This document shows positions 1 to 9,783 of a stretch of 64,000 nt of DNA, piece by piece; positions within the stretch are counted from its first letter, which is position 1; each line of letters begins with the position of its first letter. Both the position numbers and the translations under genes were made by a program. The stretch comes from an uncultured bacterium. GTDB taxonomy: Bacteria; Verrucomicrobiota; Verrucomicrobiia; Limisphaerales; UBA8199. Location of the stretch: assembly GCA_963749495.1 (NCBI GenBank), contig CAVVMW010000007.1, positions 128,001-192,000 of the forward strand, read 5' to 3'. The notes under the pieces were generated by a model that made no database searches, was not told the DNA's origin, and worked only from the letters and a program-made list of their open reading frames with translations.

Positions 1-70
1 GAACCGACGAGCGATTGACCAGGGCCTCGGCCTCCTGAAAAGTCGTGACTGCGCTTGTGAAACGGCCCAC

Positions 71-1735
71 CTACTCGCTGCGCCTGGGGGCGTTGACCGC
101 CGGCTGGGCGGTCGAGGTCTGGCCGTTGCCCTCGCCATTGCCGTTGCCACCGGAAGGGTCCGCCAGGACAAGGGCGGGCACAGGCCCGGGGACCGCCACA
201 CCCTGGAGGGCGGAGGCGGCCCTCTGGGAACCGAAGCAGACAGGGACGCCCTTGCCATTCCTCCATCGCTGGACGGCCTTGAGCCAGCCTTCGGCCAGCA
301 ATTCGCTCACCACCTCGAACATCTTGGCATCCCCCACACAGGGGCATAACGACCCCCGCTCGCAAGCCGGCGCCGCCCGGGTCTGGCCGCAGCCCGCATC
401 CCTACCCTCGCAGGCCGGGGCCCTGAGTTCCAGGACCCCGGACTCGCCGCCATCAATCTCCTGCTGGACCGAACGCATCGCGCCGCCGGTCTCCGGCCTC
501 GCCCAGACACGCTGGCCGTCGGCCAAGGTGAGCTTCACGGATGCAAACCCGAGTTTGCGCGCCGCAAAGGCCAGGCCCTCCCAAAGCTCTTCGACGGTCG
601 CCTGCCGGCCGCCCTCCAGCTCAAGCCATCGGGTCAGGCTCAGGGCATATTGAATCTCGCGCCGGAGTTCGAGCGAGTGGCCCAGGACCCGGCCGACATC
701 GAACCATTCGCGGCTGAAGCTGAGGTTCCCGGCACAGATCACCAGGACCAGCGCGCCAAAGCCAACCAATCCCGGCAACCATTGGCCGCGCGACCAGACC
801 GCGGCCGCACCGAGCATGAAAAAGACCAGCGTCACCGCATAAAAGCTCAGGACCACCCTGCGGCGCGAATAGCCGATACGCTGCAGTTGGTGATGGAGGT
901 GGCGCCGGTCGGGCCGGAAGATCGGCAAGCCCCACAATCCGCGCCGCGCGATCGCCACGCTGGTGTCCAGGATGGGCAGCGCCAGGGCCAGCATCGGGGC
1001 AGCCAGGGCCGCAAAGACCTCGCCTTTGTGCGAGTTGACCAGTGAGAACAGTCCTATTTGGAAGCCCAGGAAATAGGCCCCCCCGTCGCCCAGGTAAATC
1101 CGGGCCGGTGGGAAATTGAACCACAGAAAGCCAACCAGGGCGCCCGCCATCCCTGCGGTGAGCCGCTCGAAACTCCCGACCTCGTGCCCGACATAGGCCA
1201 GCAACACCATGAGCATCAGGCAAATCCCTGCCGCCACCCCATCGGCCCCGTCAATCAGGTTGATGAGATTGGTCATGCCCACCAGCCAAAAGACGGTCAC
1301 CACGGCTCCCCAGCCGTGCAGGTCAATCGCAGCCCCGGCAAACGGGATCTTCACCATCTGTATCCCCAGGCCGAAGCAATAAACCATCAGCGCGATGAGC
1401 ACCTGGCCCAGGAGCTTCTTCCGGGCCCCCAACGCCCGGAAGTCGTCCCACAATCCCAGCCCGAACATCGCCAGGCAACTGACGAGGATCACACCCCGGT
1501 GCGGCGTGGCCTCGCGGCTCTCGGCCTCGACCAGCGTGATGAACGCCTCGATGGCCAGGAACGCTGCCGCCAGCGCCATCCCGCCAAGCCGCGGGACCGG
1601 CCGCCGGTGAGCATGGTGCAGCTCGACAGATCGGCCCGAGGCCTCCGCCCGGCCCCACCGCCTCACTATCAGCGGGACCACCAACAACACGACGCCGAAC
1701 CCGATCAGCCCGGCTATGAAAGGAAGCATCATCAT
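71..1735 (-). CDS. MraY/WecA/TagO family glycosyltransferase 4 (undecaprenyl-phosphate GlcNAc-1-phosphate transferase) with C-terminal extension
   Basis: Multi-TM protein with PRLGG, GLWDD, NLINLIDGADG, FNFPPARIYLGDGG and DRRHLHH motifs. Confidence 0.9.
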   Translation of the reverse strand: MMMLPFIAGLIGFGVVLLVVPLIVRRWGRAEASGRSVELHHAHRRPVPRLGGMALAAAFLAIEAFITLVEAESREATPHRGVILVSCLAMFGLGLWDDFRALGARKKLLGQVLIALMVYCFGLGIQMVKIPFAGAAIDLHGWGAVVTVFWLVGMTNLINLIDGADGVAAGICLMLMVLLAYVGHEVGSFERLTAGMAGALVGFLWFNFPPARIYLGDGGAYFLGFQIGLFSLVNSHKGEVFAALAAPMLALALPILDTSVAIARRGLWGLPIFRPDRRHLHHQLQRIGYSRRRVVLSFYAVTLVFFMLGAAAVWSRGQWLPGLVGFGALVLVICAGNLSFSREWFDVGRVLGHSLELRREIQYALSLTRWLELEGGRQATVEELWEGLAFAARKLGFASVKLTLADGQRVWARPETGGAMRSVQQEIDGGESGVLELRAPACEGRDAGCGQTRAAPACERGSLCPCVGDAKMFEVVSELLAEGWLKAVQRWRNGKGVPVCFGSQRAASALQGVAVPGPVPALVLADPSGGNGNGEGNGQTSTAQPAVNAPRRSE

Positions 1736-1974
1736 GCGCCCATCATCCGGTCTGCGGATCCCTGCCTGCCCGGCCCGCGGTTCGCATATTGCTCAAAGCC
1801 ATTGCTCTGACAGATCTGGTTCGCCTTCGAAACACGTCCGTGCATCCCAGGCTCAAGGTAGTATGGGAGCAGAGCGGGCGCAAGAATGCAAGATTTTACG
1901 AGATCTTTCGGGCGCATCTCGGCTTTGTCGGCCTCGCGCCAGCCAGGCAATTGGAGCGTGGCGTCGGGAAGCCC

Positions 1975-2067
1975 GCAAGGTTTTGGACTGCGCCAGTCCT
2001 CTGGCCCTTTCGCCTCCCCAGGGTCCGAAAAGCGGCAGAGGACTGCCGCAGTCCAAAACGCTTCGCG
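1975..2067. repeat. REP-like palindrome, family A (GTTTTGGACTGCG...CGCAGTCCAAAAC)
   Basis: Inverted arms visible; partial copies at about 26983-27020 and 37780-37810. Confidence 0.8.
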
Positions 2068-2111
2068 ACTTCGGACGCGCACTCCAATCGCCCGCCTCGC
2101 CCCTGGTCCCT

Positions 2112-2852
2112 TCAGTCCCCCCGCAGGGCCCGGACAAGGCCCTGGACGGCCTCGGCGTCGGTGGTTTTCCAACTGAACTCGGGCGGGCGGAGCGCGCCGC
2201 CCATGAAGACGCGAGGGTTGCGGTGTTTCATGGCGCTGTCGACGGAGCGGCGGGCGCTCAGATGGACCTCGGTGACGCCGGTGGCAGCAACGATACGCCG
2301 GGCATTGGCGAGGGTGACACCCCCGCCGGGCATGATGAGGATACGGCCAGCCGCCTGCTTGTGGAGCGCGGCGATGAGATCAAGCCCCTCCAGGCAGGTG
2401 GCCTCCTGGCCGGACGTCAGGACGCGCTCAACGCCCAGGGCGATGAGGTCTTCCAGTCCTTGGCGGGGGTCGCGGCACATATCGAAGGCGCGGTGGAAAG
2501 TGACGTTGAGCGGGCGAGCCAGGTTGATCAACTCGGCGGCGCGCGCTTGATCGATCTCCCCCTCGGCCGTCAGGCAGCCGATGACCACGCCGTTGGCGCC
2601 GAGTTCCCGGGCGGCCCGGATGTCCTGCCGCATGACCTCCATCTCCTCGTGGGTGTAGAGGAAGTCGCCGCCCCGGGGCCGGATAATGACCTGGAGGCCA
2701 ATCCTGAGGCCGTGCCGGGCCACCTGGATGCAGCCGGCGCTGGGGGTGGTGCCGCCCTCCAGCAGGTTGGCGCACAGTTCCACCCGGTCAGCCCCGCCCC
2801 GCTGGGCTGCGAAGGCCCCTGCCGCCGAATCAACGCAAATCTCAACGCGCAT
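2112..2852 (-). CDS. cutC: Copper homeostasis protein CutC
   Basis: EICVDS, ADRVELC, GGTTPS, IRPRGGDF, TFHRAFD and LTSG motifs. Confidence 0.95.
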   Translation of the reverse strand: MRVEICVDSAAGAFAAQRGGADRVELCANLLEGGTTPSAGCIQVARHGLRIGLQVIIRPRGGDFLYTHEEMEVMRQDIRAARELGANGVVIGCLTAEGEIDQARAAELINLARPLNVTFHRAFDMCRDPRQGLEDLIALGVERVLTSGQEATCLEGLDLIAALHKQAAGRILIMPGGGVTLANARRIVAATGVTEVHLSARRSVDSAMKHRNPRVFMGGALRPPEFSWKTTDAEAVQGLVRALRGD

Positions 2853-2861
2853 GGCGCCGGC

Positions 2862-3665
2862 TCACTCGACCGCCTCGACCCGGTAGCCGCCGGATTTCTC
2901 GTCGGCCTCCAGCTTGAGCAGGCCGCGTTTCTGCGCATCCAGCAGCAAGTCGTTGAAGGAGCGGAAGCCGTAGGCGCGCTCGTTGAAGCCGGGGTTGCGG
3001 CGCTTGATGGCCTGCTTGACCATGGAGCCCCAGATCGGCTCGTCGGCCTCGCGCTCCTGGCTGATGGTCTCGATGGTTTCCACGATGAGGTCCAGCGCCT
3101 TTTCGAGCGAGGGCCCCTTCTGATCGACCGCCGCGGGCCTGGGGGCCACGTCGGCCACCGAGACGCGGCGCCGCGCCCGGCTCGATTCGGCGCGGACCAG
3201 GTCGTCGTAATAGATGAACTCGTCGCAGTTGCTGATGAACAGGTTGGAAGTCGAGTTCTTGACGCCCACGCCCAGGACCGTCTTGGCGTTTTCACGCAGC
3301 TTGCTCACCAGCGGGGAGAAGTCCGAATCGCCGCTGATGATCACGAAGGTGTTGACGTGGCTCTTGGTGTAGCAGAGGTCGAGGGCATCGACCACCATGC
3401 GGATGTCGGCCGAGTTCTTGCCGGACTGGCGGACGTGCGGGATTTCGATGAGCTCGAAGGCGGCCTCGTGCAGGTCGCGTTTGAAGGACTTGTAGCGGTC
3501 AAAGTCACAGTAGGCCTTCTTGACGACGATGTGCCCGCGGATGAGCAATCGCTCCAGCACCTTCTGGATGCTGAATAAAGGGAACTTGGCGTCCTGGGCC
3601 CCGAGCGCGATGTTCTCCAGGTCGAGAAACACCGCCATGGTCGAATTGGAATCCGCAGCGTTCAT
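2862..3665 (-). CDS. NYN (LabA/DUF88, PIN-like) ribonuclease with C-terminal OST-HTH/LOTUS domain
   Basis: FLDLEN, GKNSADIRMVVDA, SGDSDFSPL, CDEFIYYD; C-terminal FNERAYGFRSFNDLL. Start moved to ATG 3665 because the longer ORF runs through the tRNA. Confidence 0.9.
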   Translation of the reverse strand: MNAADSNSTMAVFLDLENIALGAQDAKFPLFSIQKVLERLLIRGHIVVKKAYCDFDRYKSFKRDLHEAAFELIEIPHVRQSGKNSADIRMVVDALDLCYTKSHVNTFVIISGDSDFSPLVSKLRENAKTVLGVGVKNSTSNLFISNCDEFIYYDDLVRAESSRARRRVSVADVAPRPAAVDQKGPSLEKALDLIVETIETISQEREADEPIWGSMVKQAIKRRNPGFNERAYGFRSFNDLLLDAQKRGLLKLEADEKSGGYRVEAVE

Positions 3666-3677
3666 GGTGCCTTGAAA

Positions 3678-3752
3678 TGGTGCGCGCTGCAGGACTTGAA
3701 CCTGCGGCCCCTTCCGTGTGAAGGAAGTGCTCTTCCACTGAGCTAAGCGCGC
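3678..3752 (-). tRNA. tRNA-Val (anticodon CAC)
   Basis: Minus strand GCGCGCTTAGCTCAGTGGAAGAGCACTTCCTTCACACGGAAGGGGCCGCAGGTTCAAGTCCTGCAGCGCGCACCA folds as a cloverleaf with GTTCAA T-loop and encoded CCA. Confidence 0.95.
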
Positions 3753-4445
3753 TAAACACCAGCAATCTACCGATTCCGCCCGCGGCCTGCAAGGGCAAAT
3801 CCTGAATGGGTTTCGCCTGAAGAATCGCAACAAACCCCAATATAATGGCCCTATTCCACGGAATGCCAGGCTGCGGGTGGTTGCACGGAGTTCGCTCGCA
3901 AATCGCCTCCTTCAGGAATGTCGCGGATTAGTTGATCGGTAGCGATTTCCTCACCGTTTTCCCGGAGCCAGGCGCCTGACGGCGTGCCATTGACCCCTTC
4001 CTCGCAAAGGAAGGGGGGTGGGGTCAACGGTCTTACCTGCGCGACTCGGAGCGGCGTCGGTTTTCCGCTCCGTCCGGCGGCCCGAATGGCGCGGAGTGCT
4101 TACGCACACGTGGTTGGCGCCGGTTTCCAGCTTTCAGAAAGGGAGTCTTCCCCGTCCCATGTGCTCTCGGGCACAGGCTTCGATGTCCTTTTCACCAGAT
4201 AGCCTCGAACGCCTAACCGGTTACCACCGCCGCCTCTGCAAGGCCATAATCGCCAACGTCCGGTGCCGGGACCTTGGTCGCCCGCAAGACCAGGTGCCGC
4301 CGGGTTCCAAGCGAGCCATCCTCGAGAATCACGCAGATCTTCTCATCCTCCAGCCATTGGGTGCGGAAGCCGCAGGTTGCGGGAATCACACCGGAGCCTG
4401 CGATCCGTCGAAGATCGCCCTGCTCCCCCCGAGGCCGCTTCTAGC

Positions 4446-7232
4446 CTAGCCGCCCCCGTCTGCTGGCAAGGCTTTCTGTCCGTTGGTTTGCGTCCCAGGT
4501 CTGCGCCCCCGCCGATTCTCAGCGAAGACGCGAATATCTTTCTCCCCTGAACGGAGAAAATCCAGGAAATCCACGCCCATGTACTTGCAGGTTTCGCAAA
4601 GGCTCAACAGAACCAAGTAGTCTCGGAGGCCCTTTTCAGTGGTGACTCCCCCGATGATCCGGCGAAGCGCGGCGAAGGCTTTAACAGCGTGTTCAGCGTT
4701 GTTGTTGTTCCACGGTATCCCGTCGAAACTCAAGAACGTAAAGAGCTTGTCGTGGTTCTTGTCCAACCGCTTACTGAACTTCACCGCGGTTTCGCTCTGC
4801 AAGGTTAGGTCGGCAATCCGCCCATAAAATCCATCCACCGCCTCCAGGTGCTTCCTCAAAAAGCGGGTTTTCAAGCCGTGCCGATCAACGGTTTCGATCA
4901 TCGGCTTGAGCAAGAGTGTAAACATCTGTGCGACCTGTTTCAATTCCTCGTCGTAGGGGTGTTTCAAAAGATCGTCGTTCAAGTCCCTTATCAGGTGAAT
5001 CAGGCACTTTTGTTGAGGGCATTGGATTGAATCGTAAGCCGGGTAAAAGTCAGACACCAAAACGCCCTTGAAGTCCCTCAGCACGGTCTGAATCAGGTCG
5101 GCCTCGCGTGTCTCGCTGAACACGTAGGCCACTTCTTCCATGTTCGCAAACACCCACACAAAACCGTCTTTGTCCTTGACGTTGATTTTGGTCTCGTCGG
5201 CGTGAAGTAACCGGCCACTGCACAGCCTCTTGACCAGGGCGTTATAGCTTCCCACGTAGTTCTCCGCTGCCTTGGCCTTGAAGTCGCCAATACTCGCGGA
5301 ACTCAGATGAAAGCCAAACAACCGATTTAGTTTGCTGGCTACATGCAACTGAGGCAACCGCAACTCGATGCTGAGGTAAACGGAATATGCGATGATTTCC
5401 CGGCCAAACTTACCTTTTCCATAGAACGTTTCTTCGGGTTGAAAGACGGTTTGGCAGTTTGTACATTGATAGCGGTGGAAACGATAACGGACGATCCATC
5501 TCTTAATCCCGTGTCGCATGAATCTGAGATCGTAGAGGATTTTAGTGTACTTCGTGTGCTTGACGAACTTCCTTGAGCCGCACCTTGGGCAATTGCGCGG
5601 TCGCGGGCACTCGATGATCTTGTTCGGGGGCAAAACTATTCGCGGTGTCTTGCGGCGGCTCAGGGCGTGCTTGACCTTTACATTTGATTTTACATAGACT
5701 CGCTCGCGCTGGTAATCCCAGTATGCGGCGTCGTTAATAGTGTTCAGTTCTGGAAGGGCGAATGTGTTCCGCTTAAAACCATACGGGTGTTCGCGCTTGA
5801 GCTTCGCAGTGTTGACAATCTCACCGAGGGACGGGTTTCCGGTTCGAGGCGACCCTTGGCCCAATTCAATGAGGGCAGTCATCAGCGTTTCCAACGCTTG
5901 GCAATCCTCGGAGTTGTAGGTAATCAGGTTCTGCTTTGCCGCCGGGTCGCCCGACTCCTGCCACTCCGTCCGCCAGAGGATGGATCGAACACCGGATGCC
6001 TTCGCGCTCGACCATCTGCATCCGAGCCAAGCACCGACATCTTTAAGGCCATTTGAGTACGTGGGAAAGTAGATTTGGGAGAAAATCACCGACAGGACAT
6101 TTGTCGCCGACGCGAACGCCTTGGCTATCGGCGAGCCGTCTGCTGGCCCCCCGTACCGCTCAGACATCCGTCTCAGGAAAACGGCCTCGAATCTGCCATA
6201 GTGAAGCAGCACCGGCTTTTCGATAGTCGCGAGCACAGCAAGGAAATCGCTCCACGCTTTCTTCTCGCCCTCGAAATCATCCGCCCAAAGGCTATGCTGG
6301 ACGACGGTCTCGGCGGTCTTGACGCGCAGACCGATGAGGTAATAGAAATCCCGGTCGGGCAGACCCTCCACATCCAGATAGACGGGTGTCCCGTCGATCT
6401 TCAGTTCCGGCGTGCCGACGACGTGGATTTTCCTTTCCCGGATGGCGAGAGCTTTTAAGGCGTGGTGGTGTTTTTCGGGTTTGTCCCGGAGCCGCTTTGG
6501 GCGCCTGCGCGGGCGGAATGTGTACGAAAGCTGGGTAACGGTGAAGATGCCTTCGCTGTTGAATTTCTTCCGCTCCTTCTCCTTCAGGTTCGAGAGCAAG
6601 CTGAGGTCGTCCTTTTCAGTTGCCTTCTGTCTGCACCGGGCCTGGAACTCGCACTCGCCGCAATGCCGGTTCAATACGAGATCAGGCGGCGACGTGCTGG
6701 AAACCAAGGCAACGGCTTTCTCGGTTAGCTTTTGCACTTCCCCGACCAGAGCGTCGGTCTTGACCCTCATCGTGGCCTGCTCATCCCCGTGGACGATCCT
6801 GCCGAAGTCTATCCTTCGGCCCAGCGTTCCCGACAGCGCGAGAGCATCGAACCCCAACAGGAGTTTCTCCTCCCTCTCGAGCTTGTTGTTCGGCACAAAA
6901 CGAATGGGGACAAATTGGGCAGCTTTGCTCTGCCCGACCGGCGGCACGCGCTCCAAGGCGTGAATGCGGGTTCCCAAAGCCTCTGTTCCTGCCAGCACGT
7001 CAACTGCTAGCCGCCACTTAGCCTGTTTCAATTCATCCGCCGATGGAGCGGTCAAGTGGTCTTGGGGAGTGTCCCGGCGCAAGCGGTCCACGCCGGCGGC
7101 ACGGTAAGACTCGGCTCGTGCGCGAACCCAATCAGCGTACTCGTTCCCAGTCCCCGGTTCGCCCAGCGACCGCAGATAGCACTTGGTGGGGCACTTGAGG
7201 AAGGCCGTAAAGAGGTCCGACGTGATCTTCAT
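4446..7232 (-). CDS. Fusion protein: TM0106/Cas4-RecB-like N-terminus, DnaQ/RNase H-like exonuclease, IS66-family DDE transposase
   Basis: FLKCPTK and HCGECEFQARC Cys motifs; YLDVEG...YNSEDC exonuclease motifs; CPRCG/CTNC zinc finger; LHADET, VSDFYPAY, QKCLIHLIRD and NNNAEHAVK IS66 motifs; visibly lower GC. Confidence 0.85.
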   Translation of the reverse strand: MKITSDLFTAFLKCPTKCYLRSLGEPGTGNEYADWVRARAESYRAAGVDRLRRDTPQDHLTAPSADELKQAKWRLAVDVLAGTEALGTRIHALERVPPVGQSKAAQFVPIRFVPNNKLEREEKLLLGFDALALSGTLGRRIDFGRIVHGDEQATMRVKTDALVGEVQKLTEKAVALVSSTSPPDLVLNRHCGECEFQARCRQKATEKDDLSLLSNLKEKERKKFNSEGIFTVTQLSYTFRPRRRPKRLRDKPEKHHHALKALAIRERKIHVVGTPELKIDGTPVYLDVEGLPDRDFYYLIGLRVKTAETVVQHSLWADDFEGEKKAWSDFLAVLATIEKPVLLHYGRFEAVFLRRMSERYGGPADGSPIAKAFASATNVLSVIFSQIYFPTYSNGLKDVGAWLGCRWSSAKASGVRSILWRTEWQESGDPAAKQNLITYNSEDCQALETLMTALIELGQGSPRTGNPSLGEIVNTAKLKREHPYGFKRNTFALPELNTINDAAYWDYQRERVYVKSNVKVKHALSRRKTPRIVLPPNKIIECPRPRNCPRCGSRKFVKHTKYTKILYDLRFMRHGIKRWIVRYRFHRYQCTNCQTVFQPEETFYGKGKFGREIIAYSVYLSIELRLPQLHVASKLNRLFGFHLSSASIGDFKAKAAENYVGSYNALVKRLCSGRLLHADETKINVKDKDGFVWVFANMEEVAYVFSETREADLIQTVLRDFKGVLVSDFYPAYDSIQCPQQKCLIHLIRDLNDDLLKHPYDEELKQVAQMFTLLLKPMIETVDRHGLKTRFLRKHLEAVDGFYGRIADLTLQSETAVKFSKRLDKNHDKLFTFLSFDGIPWNNNNAEHAVKAFAALRRIIGGVTTEKGLRDYLVLLSLCETCKYMGVDFLDFLRSGEKDIRVFAENRRGRRPGTQTNGQKALPADGGG

Positions 7233-7392
7233 AACCTGTAACCGCCGTGACGCTCTTACGTCCTCCGTCCCGAAGGCGGTTGTCAAAGCCGCAGTAACAT
7301 GAAGGTTTGACCGCCGCCGTTTGGGAACGTCACGCGGGCGCGATCCCCCAGGGAGGGCGACACGAAAGGGTCATCAGGCTGCTCGGCCTCGA

Positions 7393-8143
7393 TCACAATT
7401 GACGATGGTTCGAGGTCAGCGCCGACGGCAGTTCCGCTCGAAGCCGACGCCGGACTGCCAGCAATTGACCAGGTGTGACGGGTTCGCGCGTCATGCCAAT
7501 GAACTCGTTTTCGAAAGCCTGCGCGAGGTCTTGGTCCCGCGAGAACAGAACTTCATGCACCGGGCGGTTGTGCCCGGCCAGATAACAAACAAAACACTCC
7601 ACGACATCGGGCGTGAGCCCGCACCGCTCGAACATGCCGCGCAGATCGAAAAGGTCGCGTGGGTGCTGGCGGTCCAACGCTGCCACCAGTTTGCTGCCAT
7701 AAAGCTCCGGCACCGCCAGAATCGGAGCGACCAATTCCGTGGTGAAAACTCGACGCGCCTCAGCGCCCATACCTCGACGCTCCACAGGCAGGACGGTGCC
7801 ACGGAACACATGATTCACCTCGACTTTCACTTGGCTGTGCCCACGCCGGAGAAGCAGCTTGATCTCGTCAGCCTGCCTGGTGGACGACACTTCGGCGTCC
7901 AAGCCATCTTCGACGAGTCGGCTTCGTGTCGTCTCCAGTGCGGCCGAGATGGACTCCAACGCATTCTCACGGGACACCCGGTGGTCGGTGAAAACCACGT
8001 TGATGTCCACCGACAACCGCGGCATGTCTTCGACGAACAGATTGAGGGCCGTCCCGCCTTTCCTGGCGAAGGCAGGCGTTTGAAAGACCGTCGGCATCGC
8101 CTCGAAGTAGAAGCCGGACGGTTTCGATATAGGCTCTTTCCAT
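7393..8143 (-). pseudogene. AbiEii-type nucleotidyltransferase toxin (type IV TA), disrupted
   Basis: Starts at TAATG overlap with the antitoxin (MERAYIETVRLLL); frameshift near 8100; KGGTALNLF..PRLSVDIN motif; KLVAALDRQHPRDLFD; C-terminus appears truncated. Confidence 0.8.
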
Positions 8144-8886
8144 TATGCTTTCAGGGTGAGGGTTGTTCCGTCTTTGAGCCGGGCGGTCCACCGGCTGTGT
8201 CCAAGTCGGCGCCCTGCGCCGTTCCTTGCGGCATCGGCCCACGGCAGGCCCAGTTCCTCCGCCCACAGGACACAGAGCCGCATCGCCTTTACGCGCCGGC
8301 AGTGCGCGAGCAGATTCGCCAAAGTGTCCGGCCGCAACGATCGGACCCCTTCCAGAATGTTGCGGGCTTCCTCGATTCCCTGGTGTATCCCCACTTCGCT
8401 CAGCATCTCGATCACAGCCCTCTCCGGCACCGAAACCAGCACGCCGCCGGGAGTCTCCGGCAGGGACTGCAATCCGAAATCCTGTGGCAGCGTGGAGGCG
8501 AACGGGTTGCGTGCCGTGTATCGAGCGCGAAACCGCTGCTGGAACCATGCGGGTATTCTGGCTTTCGCTTCTCCCCACAGCCACAACGGTTCATGCGGTG
8601 GGAGATTGTGACGGACCCCCAGCCACGCCAAGGCAGTTTTGCCGCCGACGTGTAGGCCGGGTACTCGGCGAGCCAGGAACTTCACGGAATCCTGCTCCCG
8701 CAACGTATCGTTGGGGAACATGAACACCCCTCGTCCGAGCCGCGAGAGCCAACCGGAGTTCTGGTAGTGATGCGCCAGCGCTGAGGACACGCCCAGTGCC
8801 GCCAAATCGTGATGGTCCAACGGACTTCCCCGCGGGACCGTCGTTTGCAGGCGCCTGATTAGACTAGAACGACTTGTTAAAGTCAT
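8143..8886 (-). CDS. AbiEi-type antitoxin (type IV TA)
   Basis: wHTH N-terminus (WLSRLGRGVF), HVGGKTAL, VSVPERA; translationally coupled to the toxin. Confidence 0.85.
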   Translation of the reverse strand: MTLTSRSSLIRRLQTTVPRGSPLDHHDLAALGVSSALAHHYQNSGWLSRLGRGVFMFPNDTLREQDSVKFLARRVPGLHVGGKTALAWLGVRHNLPPHEPLWLWGEAKARIPAWFQQRFRARYTARNPFASTLPQDFGLQSLPETPGGVLVSVPERAVIEMLSEVGIHQGIEEARNILEGVRSLRPDTLANLLAHCRRVKAMRLCVLWAEELGLPWADAARNGAGRRLGHSRWTARLKDGTTLTLKA

Positions 8887-9291
8887 GCTTTAACTCCAGC
8901 GCCGAGTTCAAGCGGAGACAAGGCTCTGTGTCATGGCCGACGCCAATGAAACGGCCTGCCGTGCGGTGAATGGCCTCTTCCACCCGGTTTTTCAAAAAGA
9001 GGGAAAAAACTGGCAAACAAACAACGGGATCGGGCTGGCTGCTTTGGGCGCGGCCGCTTCAGGCCGAGTTGAAACGGACTTGGCCCAGAGGAGGCAAATC
9101 CGAAAAATTGCTAATTCGGAACCGCCGCTTTTGCGCAAGGCAAAACCCATCCGACCGGCCCGGCTTGCTCTTAGAGGCCGGTTCGTGAGCAGGGGTACAG
9201 CGGAGGTCGAGGTGCGAGGGGCCAAGGAACGGATCTCCGCGCCTCGCCCCTCGATCCGAATCCTCGTGTCCGGGCACTTCTGAACCGAGGG

Positions 9292-9579
9292 CTACCTGGC
9301 GCCGAGGATGGCGTCCTTGGCGGCCTTGGCCACGCGGAATTTCACGACGCGCTTGGCCGGGATCTTGATCGCTTCGCCCGTGGCCGGGTTGCGGCCCATG
9401 CGGGCCTTGCGATTGACCAGGACCAGTTTGCCCAGACCGGGGAGGGTAAAGGAGTTCTTGGCGTTCTTGTAAGCCAGCCCCACCAGGGCCTCCATGACCT
9501 GCACCGTCTGCTTCTTGGAGATGCCGACCGTCTCCGCCAATGAGGCGGCGATTTGTGATTTTGTTAGTGTTTTTGCCAT
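9292..9579 (-). CDS. hup: HU family DNA-binding protein
   Basis: LTKSQI...RKARMGRNPATGEAIKIPAKRVVKFR signature. Confidence 0.95.
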   Translation of the reverse strand: MAKTLTKSQIAASLAETVGISKKQTVQVMEALVGLAYKNAKNSFTLPGLGKLVLVNRKARMGRNPATGEAIKIPAKRVVKFRVAKAAKDAILGAR

Positions 9580-9783
9580 ATGTGACGTTATGAGTAGGAG
9601 CAAAGCCAAGGGGGTTCAAGCGAAAACTGGCGGAACATCGCGATTTTTCAAAATCATTTTCAGCAGAATCATTGCTGCAAAGGCAAGATCATTGTTGGCA
9701 AAATCATTGAAAGACCTCACGGCCTCCATCGAAATCATTTTCGGCAGAATCATTGTTCTCCCAAAGACCCTCCGGCCGCGCCG

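Noticed and set aside
3988..4030. c-di-GMP riboswitch suggested by a GCAAA-capped hairpin
   Set aside because: The second stem and conserved context are missing, and no gene lies directly downstream on that strand
7240..7260. IS66 terminal inverted repeat (minus strand GTAAGAGCG)
   Set aside because: Only a loose match to IS66 ends, and no partner repeat was found at the other side
3753..8900. Classical tRNA-integrated island at tRNA-Val
   Set aside because: The accessory DNA lies 5' of the tRNA, and no duplicated tRNA 3' end or integrase is visible
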